From assembly GCA_018822435.1 (NCBI GenBank), contig JAHJKD010000049.1:6511-70510 (forward strand): 64,000 nt of DNA, in the 5' to 3' direction. Of this stretch, positions 60,103 to 64,000 are shown piece by piece. The stretch comes from Patescibacteria group bacterium (GTDB lineage Bacteria > Patescibacteriota > Patescibacteriia > UBA9570 > JAHJKD01). The notes under the pieces are model-generated. The model was not told the DNA's origin. It saw only the letters and a list, made by a program, of their open reading frames with translations, and searched no databases. The position numbers and the translations under genes were made by a program. Numbering within the stretch: the stretch's first letter is position 1; every line of letters starts with the position of its first letter.

Positions 60103-62304
60103 TTATTCAAGAAGCGCGGGTAAAGTTAGTGAGAAAGTAGAGCCTTTGCCTTTTCCGGGCGATTCTACGGCCACTTCGCCGTTCATGGATTCAACCACTT
60201 TCTTGACGATGTAAAGACCGAGGCCGGTGCCATTAGGATTTATATGCAGGGCGTCCTTGCCGCGGACAAAACGTTTAAAGACTTCTTCCTTTTGCTGTTC
60301 ATCCAAACCGATGCCCGTGTCTTTCACCCATATAGTTATTTTACCAGGTTCTGTGTTAAAGCCAACTGTGACCGTGCCTTTGGGGGTGTAATGAATGCCA
60401 TTGTCGACCATATTACCAATCAGCTCGTGCAGTTTGATCTTATCAGCCATAATTGGAGCAAGTTTCTTCTTTGGCTTATCCAGCTTTAATTTCAACTTCT
60501 TTTCATCAGCCATCCATTGCCTCTCTTTGATTACGTCTTCTACTTCAGGCAAGATATCATACGGCTCGATATTATACTGGATCTTGCCGCCTTCTAATTC
60601 TGTGGCAGATAGTAAGTCATGGACGATGTGCTCAAGATTGTTAGAGGCCATATAGGCTTGGGCAATAAAATTCTCTCTGTCTTTCTTTGACATTGAGCTT
60701 CCTTCTTCATCAAGCATGGAGAGCATTCCCCTAACAACTGAAGTCGGGGTCCTTAACTGATGCGAGGCAACAGTCAAAAACTCTGACTTCATTTCCAGGA
60801 GTTCATTTAAGTGAACATTTTTTTCCTGGATCTCTTTGGTGGCTTCGTCAACTTTCTTTTCCAGATTTTTATTTAGGTCTTGGACTTCTTCGTAGAGTTG
60901 GGCGTTTTCCATGGCAACGGATGCTTGGTGCGTCATGGTTTCTAGTAAATCTAAATCTTCAACAGTGAAAGCGTCCTTTGAGGCTTTATTTCCAAGAATG
61001 ATAATCCCTATTAATTCCCCTTTTGCTAATAATGGCAAGCATATACTTATTCGTAAGTCCTTTAATTGTTTTTCCATCTTTTCCAGATTCGAAAGAACTG
61101 TAGTCTTATCATTATTTAAATCCTTTTCACGATGTAATTCGTTTACAACTAATATCCTTTTATATTTTTTTAAATACTTGGCAATGAAGTTTCCTTTTTT
61201 TAATTTATCAATTTCTGATTTATTAAAATTTTTATTTACCTGAACTCTATAAGTAAATCTATTTTTCCCTTCTTCCTTTGTCAGTAAAACACAAGCCGTC
61301 TCAATACCCATGGCGATACTAATGGAATCGATAATCAAAGAGAAAATTTTATCTATATCAATAATCGTAGTCAACTCTGTTGTTAAATTCTTCAAAGTTC
61401 GTTGATAGTTATAAAGACTTGTAAAAAAATATTTATTTGCGGTTTTAAAAAATAAATTCTTCAAAGGATCATAAGCAATAAGCGCCCCTATCATTAAAAT
61501 TATTCCTAATACCATCGCTGATATAGGAAAATTAAAATAACTATTCACATACATTAATAAACCTGCAACCACGACTATAACTATGATAGCTCCGAAATAT
61601 ACTAAGCCCTTTCTTATAACAATTCGGATGTCCATTAATCTATATCTAAATACTGTATAGGCCACACAACCTATAAAGAATAAAGACGAAGCGGGTCCGA
61701 ATATACTTGCTTGAGCAAAATCAAAAATAACTGAAAATAAATTTGTGATTATTGCGATAGTAAGGAATAAAACTATTCCTAAAAATAAATAGACGATCTG
61801 GAATCTGTAGATGCCTTCATATTCCTTATAACTTAAGTAAAAATTTCGAAGAGAAAAAAATAAATATATAATCAAATAAACTAATAAAACTTGATATAAA
61901 ATACCTGCCTCTGGATTTGATCCCCAGCTCTCAATTGTAACGCTTTCGATATTATATTTTGTAAAAACAAACGGTAATATAATTACCGGTGGGATTGCAA
62001 AAAGAACAGCTTTTAATTTACTAAACGATTCTTTTACTTTCGGAAATAAATATGAAAAAATTACTAAAAAATAAATAGCAAATATTGGACCAACGAGAGC
62101 CAGCCTTGTCCACCACAAAACGCTAAATTCATTTTTTCCACTATCTGCAAAAATTAAAGTAAAGACCCAAAATGCAAGTGATAAAATTACAAACGAAAAT
62201 ACTTTTGTGTCCGTTTTTCCCTTCTTTCTAATAAATAAAAAGAATAATACAAGAAGTATTAATAGAATTGGAATGTAGGTTAGATATACAAACATACTTG
62301 ACAA
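60103..62304 (-). CDS. Sensor histidine kinase with multi-TM N-terminal sensor, GAF domain, HisKA, HATPase_c
   Basis: H-box ASHQLRTPTSV; N, G1, G2 boxes; 7-8 TM helices. Confidence 0.8.
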   Translation of the reverse strand: MSSMFVYLTYIPILLILLVLFFLFIRKKGKTDTKVFSFVILSLAFWVFTLIFADSGKNEFSVLWWTRLALVGPIFAIYFLVIFSYLFPKVKESFSKLKAVLFAIPPVIILPFVFTKYNIESVTIESWGSNPEAGILYQVLLVYLIIYLFFSLRNFYLSYKEYEGIYRFQIVYLFLGIVLFLTIAIITNLFSVIFDFAQASIFGPASSLFFIGCVAYTVFRYRLMDIRIVIRKGLVYFGAIIVIVVVAGLLMYVNSYFNFPISAMVLGIILMIGALIAYDPLKNLFFKTANKYFFTSLYNYQRTLKNLTTELTTIIDIDKIFSLIIDSISIAMGIETACVLLTKEEGKNRFTYRVQVNKNFNKSEIDKLKKGNFIAKYLKKYKRILVVNELHREKDLNNDKTTVLSNLEKMEKQLKDLRISICLPLLAKGELIGIIILGNKASKDAFTVEDLDLLETMTHQASVAMENAQLYEEVQDLNKNLEKKVDEATKEIQEKNVHLNELLEMKSEFLTVASHQLRTPTSVVRGMLSMLDEEGSSMSKKDRENFIAQAYMASNNLEHIVHDLLSATELEGGKIQYNIEPYDILPEVEDVIKERQWMADEKKLKLKLDKPKKKLAPIMADKIKLHELIGNMVDNGIHYTPKGTVTVGFNTEPGKITIWVKDTGIGLDEQQKEEVFKRFVRGKDALHINPNGTGLGLYIVKKVVESMNGEVAVESPGKGKGSTFSLTLPALLE

Positions 62305-62400
62305 TTTCTTATAAATGTATTATAAAGGACGCGCTCAAAAGGCACAAGGACCTAAAATATAAAACATCAGGTAAAATAGCCTGAGAATGGGAGTTTGATC

Positions 62401-63000
62401 ATGTTCCGTAAGATATTGATTATGATAAAGTCCTTAGCAGCTTTGTTGGGCTTTAGTCGGAAAGGAAATGCCGATTACAGCCTTACCCTCGAAGACATTA
62501 TGCCGATGGCTTTGCGGGACGATCTGTTCGCAGATTACAATGTGGCCATGGGCAAGGAGCAGACCAAGTACCCGCACGATCAGATGAATTACGATCGTGA
62601 CGAGTTTGAGCAGGCCTGTGATGATCCTGAGATCATCAAGGCGGTCTTCAGGGTCAATGATGACGCCGCCGGATTCGCATTCCTGACCCGGCCCGTAGCG
62701 ACTAGCAAGGCGCCGTGGGTCTCGCCAACGTTCAACTGGAATGCGCAATCCGGTCTGTACTACATCACCATCCTGATGATGCGCAAGAACTACCGGGGTG
62801 CCGGCCATGTCATCGGATTCATGGAGCATCTCTACAAGGAACTGACCACGGCCTATCCGGGCCTTGTGGTCGGATTCGATGTTCCTACGAATGGGAAGGA
62901 ATGGCTGTACAAACTGATCTTCCGTCGAATTGGTAAACGGTTCGGAGTGAGGGTCACGCCTATCGGGAGCCAGAAGTATTTCCGGATGGAACAACTTTAA
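62401..63000 (+). CDS. GNAT-like acetyltransferase-fold protein in GC-rich islet (start ATG 62401; track uses TTG 62395)
   Basis: GGGAG SD 7 nt upstream; RKNYRGAGHVIGFMEHLYKEL resembles GNAT motif A; about 58% GC after an AT-rich first 25 codons. Confidence 0.45.
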   Translation: MFRKILIMIKSLAALLGFSRKGNADYSLTLEDIMPMALRDDLFADYNVAMGKEQTKYPHDQMNYDRDEFEQACDDPEIIKAVFRVNDDAAGFAFLTRPVATSKAPWVSPTFNWNAQSGLYYITILMMRKNYRGAGHVIGFMEHLYKELTTAYPGLVVGFDVPTNGKEWLYKLIFRRIGKRFGVRVTPIGSQKYFRMEQL

Positions 63001-63015
63001 ATGGAGGAAACAAAA

Positions 63016-63056
63016 AGCCCGGCCTGCGACTAATTTAAGTCGTTGGCCGGGCAAAA
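63016..63056 (+). terminator. Rho-independent terminator (GCCCGGCC...GGCCGGGC)
   Basis: 8-bp GC stem after GNAT-like ORF. Confidence 0.6.
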
Positions 63057-63067
63057 CACACGAATTA

Positions 63068-63538
63068 CTATTTTCTATATATTACATTTATAATTTCGTC
63101 ATTTGCTTCAAAGAATTTTTTTGAGTACTCTACTACCTTTACTGGATCGTAAGGTGCACAGCTGAAAATATCCAGATATGCAGCATTGCTATTGTCTGCA
63201 AAATGGCCCGATACTAATGATGTTTCAATTAACTGCGTGACAGAATATCCTGTCACTTTTTCATTTTCCCCAAACTTTACCACTACTGGATCACCGTACC
63301 TTTTGGCTCCAATTACATCGCAAACTTCAATTAAATACTTCTCAAGGTATTCTTTTGATGTAATTTTTTCATGAGAGCAGCCATACAAATCAAGCGAGGT
63401 TAACAAACCCCACATATCTTCATTAGCAAAGGCTTTTTTTATGGATTCGAAATCCATGATTTTATTTTTTTCCATATTTCTTAAAAAAATTGCACTTTTT
63501 AGCGCCATCTTTATATCATTATTTTGAATTATTTGCAA
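63068..63538 (-). CDS. S-adenosylmethionine decarboxylase proenzyme (SpeH/SpeD small type)
   Basis: ETS self-cleavage context (IETSLVSGHFADNSNAAYLDIFSC) matching ESHisiHTwPE...DvFtC pattern. Confidence 0.6.
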   Translation of the reverse strand: MQIIQNNDIKMALKSAIFLRNMEKNKIMDFESIKKAFANEDMWGLLTSLDLYGCSHEKITSKEYLEKYLIEVCDVIGAKRYGDPVVVKFGENEKVTGYSVTQLIETSLVSGHFADNSNAAYLDIFSCAPYDPVKVVEYSKKFFEANDEIINVIYRK

Positions 63539-63544
63539 ATAAGT

Positions 63545-63991
63545 TTATATCTGAATTCCTTCTATTCCTTTACTATATAAAATCAAATTAAGAAGTATTG
63601 GTGAAACAATCGTTTTAAAATCTATAAGCGCATCAATGTCCTCTTTTGAATAGGCATCATTATTTTCTTTTGGTCCGATGAAAAAGAAGCCCATTATATG
63701 GTCTCTGTCCCCGATTGGTAAAACCACAGCTATTTTATTCTTTTTTAAATATTTTTGTACATCTTTTAAATAATCTTTTTCATGTTGGCTTTCGTCTTCA
63801 ATAAGGAATGGAATCTCTTGTGTGACCAAGACACTTGGATTGTGACTAATATAAATATGTAAATGATTAGTAGGCTCTATGGAAATGTTTTCTTCCCTGG
63901 AATATATATTTTCAAATTTTTTTGTATTGGAATCAGCAATAAGGAAATTAATTTCAGATGCAGATAAAAAACTTAAATAAGTGGAGACCAT
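63545..63991 (-). CDS. Hypothetical protein; may extend past window end
   Basis: ORF only. Confidence 0.35.
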   Translation of the reverse strand: MVSTYLSFLSASEINFLIADSNTKKFENIYSREENISIEPTNHLHIYISHNPSVLVTQEIPFLIEDESQHEKDYLKDVQKYLKKNKIAVVLPIGDRDHIMGFFFIGPKENNDAYSKEDIDALIDFKTIVSPILLNLILYSKGIEGIQI

Positions 63992-64000
63992 CTCTGAAAT

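Overview
This 64 kb segment is AT-rich (roughly 35-40% GC by eye). Native genes lack Shine-Dalgarno sequences, there are many small hypothetical membrane and secreted proteins, and none of the three tRNAs encodes CCA. I infer from these traits that the organism is a Patescibacteria/CPR-like bacterium. Almost all genes are on the minus strand.

The housekeeping backbone includes dnaX, cysS, aspS, asnS plus a truncated AsnRS paralog, gap, scpA/scpB, and a D-Ala-D-Ala carboxypeptidase. A complete heat-shock operon (hrcA-grpE-hsp20-dnaK-J2-dnaJ) carries a perfect CIRCE element. tRNA-Pro(CGG), tRNA-Gln(CUG) and tRNA-Glu(CUC) are present.

Transport and signalling genes include a P-type ATPase, a ZIP transporter, CorA, an EamA transporter, an ArsB/NhaD permease with a CBS protein, two full sensor histidine kinases and an ECF sigma module.

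Five discrete GC-rich islands (about 58-62% GC) are superimposed on this backbone:
- 1.9-3.5 kb: three small stand-alone genes.
- 14.25-17.03 kb: a KamA-family radical SAM aminomutase, a Ddl-like ATP-grasp ligase and a 770-nt GC-rich noncoding stretch next to tRNA-Pro.
- 36.37-36.70 kb: the 3' half of a chimeric J-domain gene.
- 40.74-41.35 kb: a 112-aa ORF.
- 62.4-63.06 kb: a GNAT-like ORF.
Genes in these islands carry strong SD sequences and are bounded by AT-rich promoter and terminator sequences.

Other notable features:
- Three kinase-less sensor proteins share a short C-terminal G-R-E coiled-coil motif.
- At least three families of conserved intercistronic hairpins sit immediately upstream of start codons.
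- A GxxExxY (PD-(D/E)XK) ORF is enclosed by inverted and direct repeats.
- A large membrane-anchored FtsK/HerA/VirB4-like ATPase is present.

No CRISPR array, integrase or transposase was recognised.
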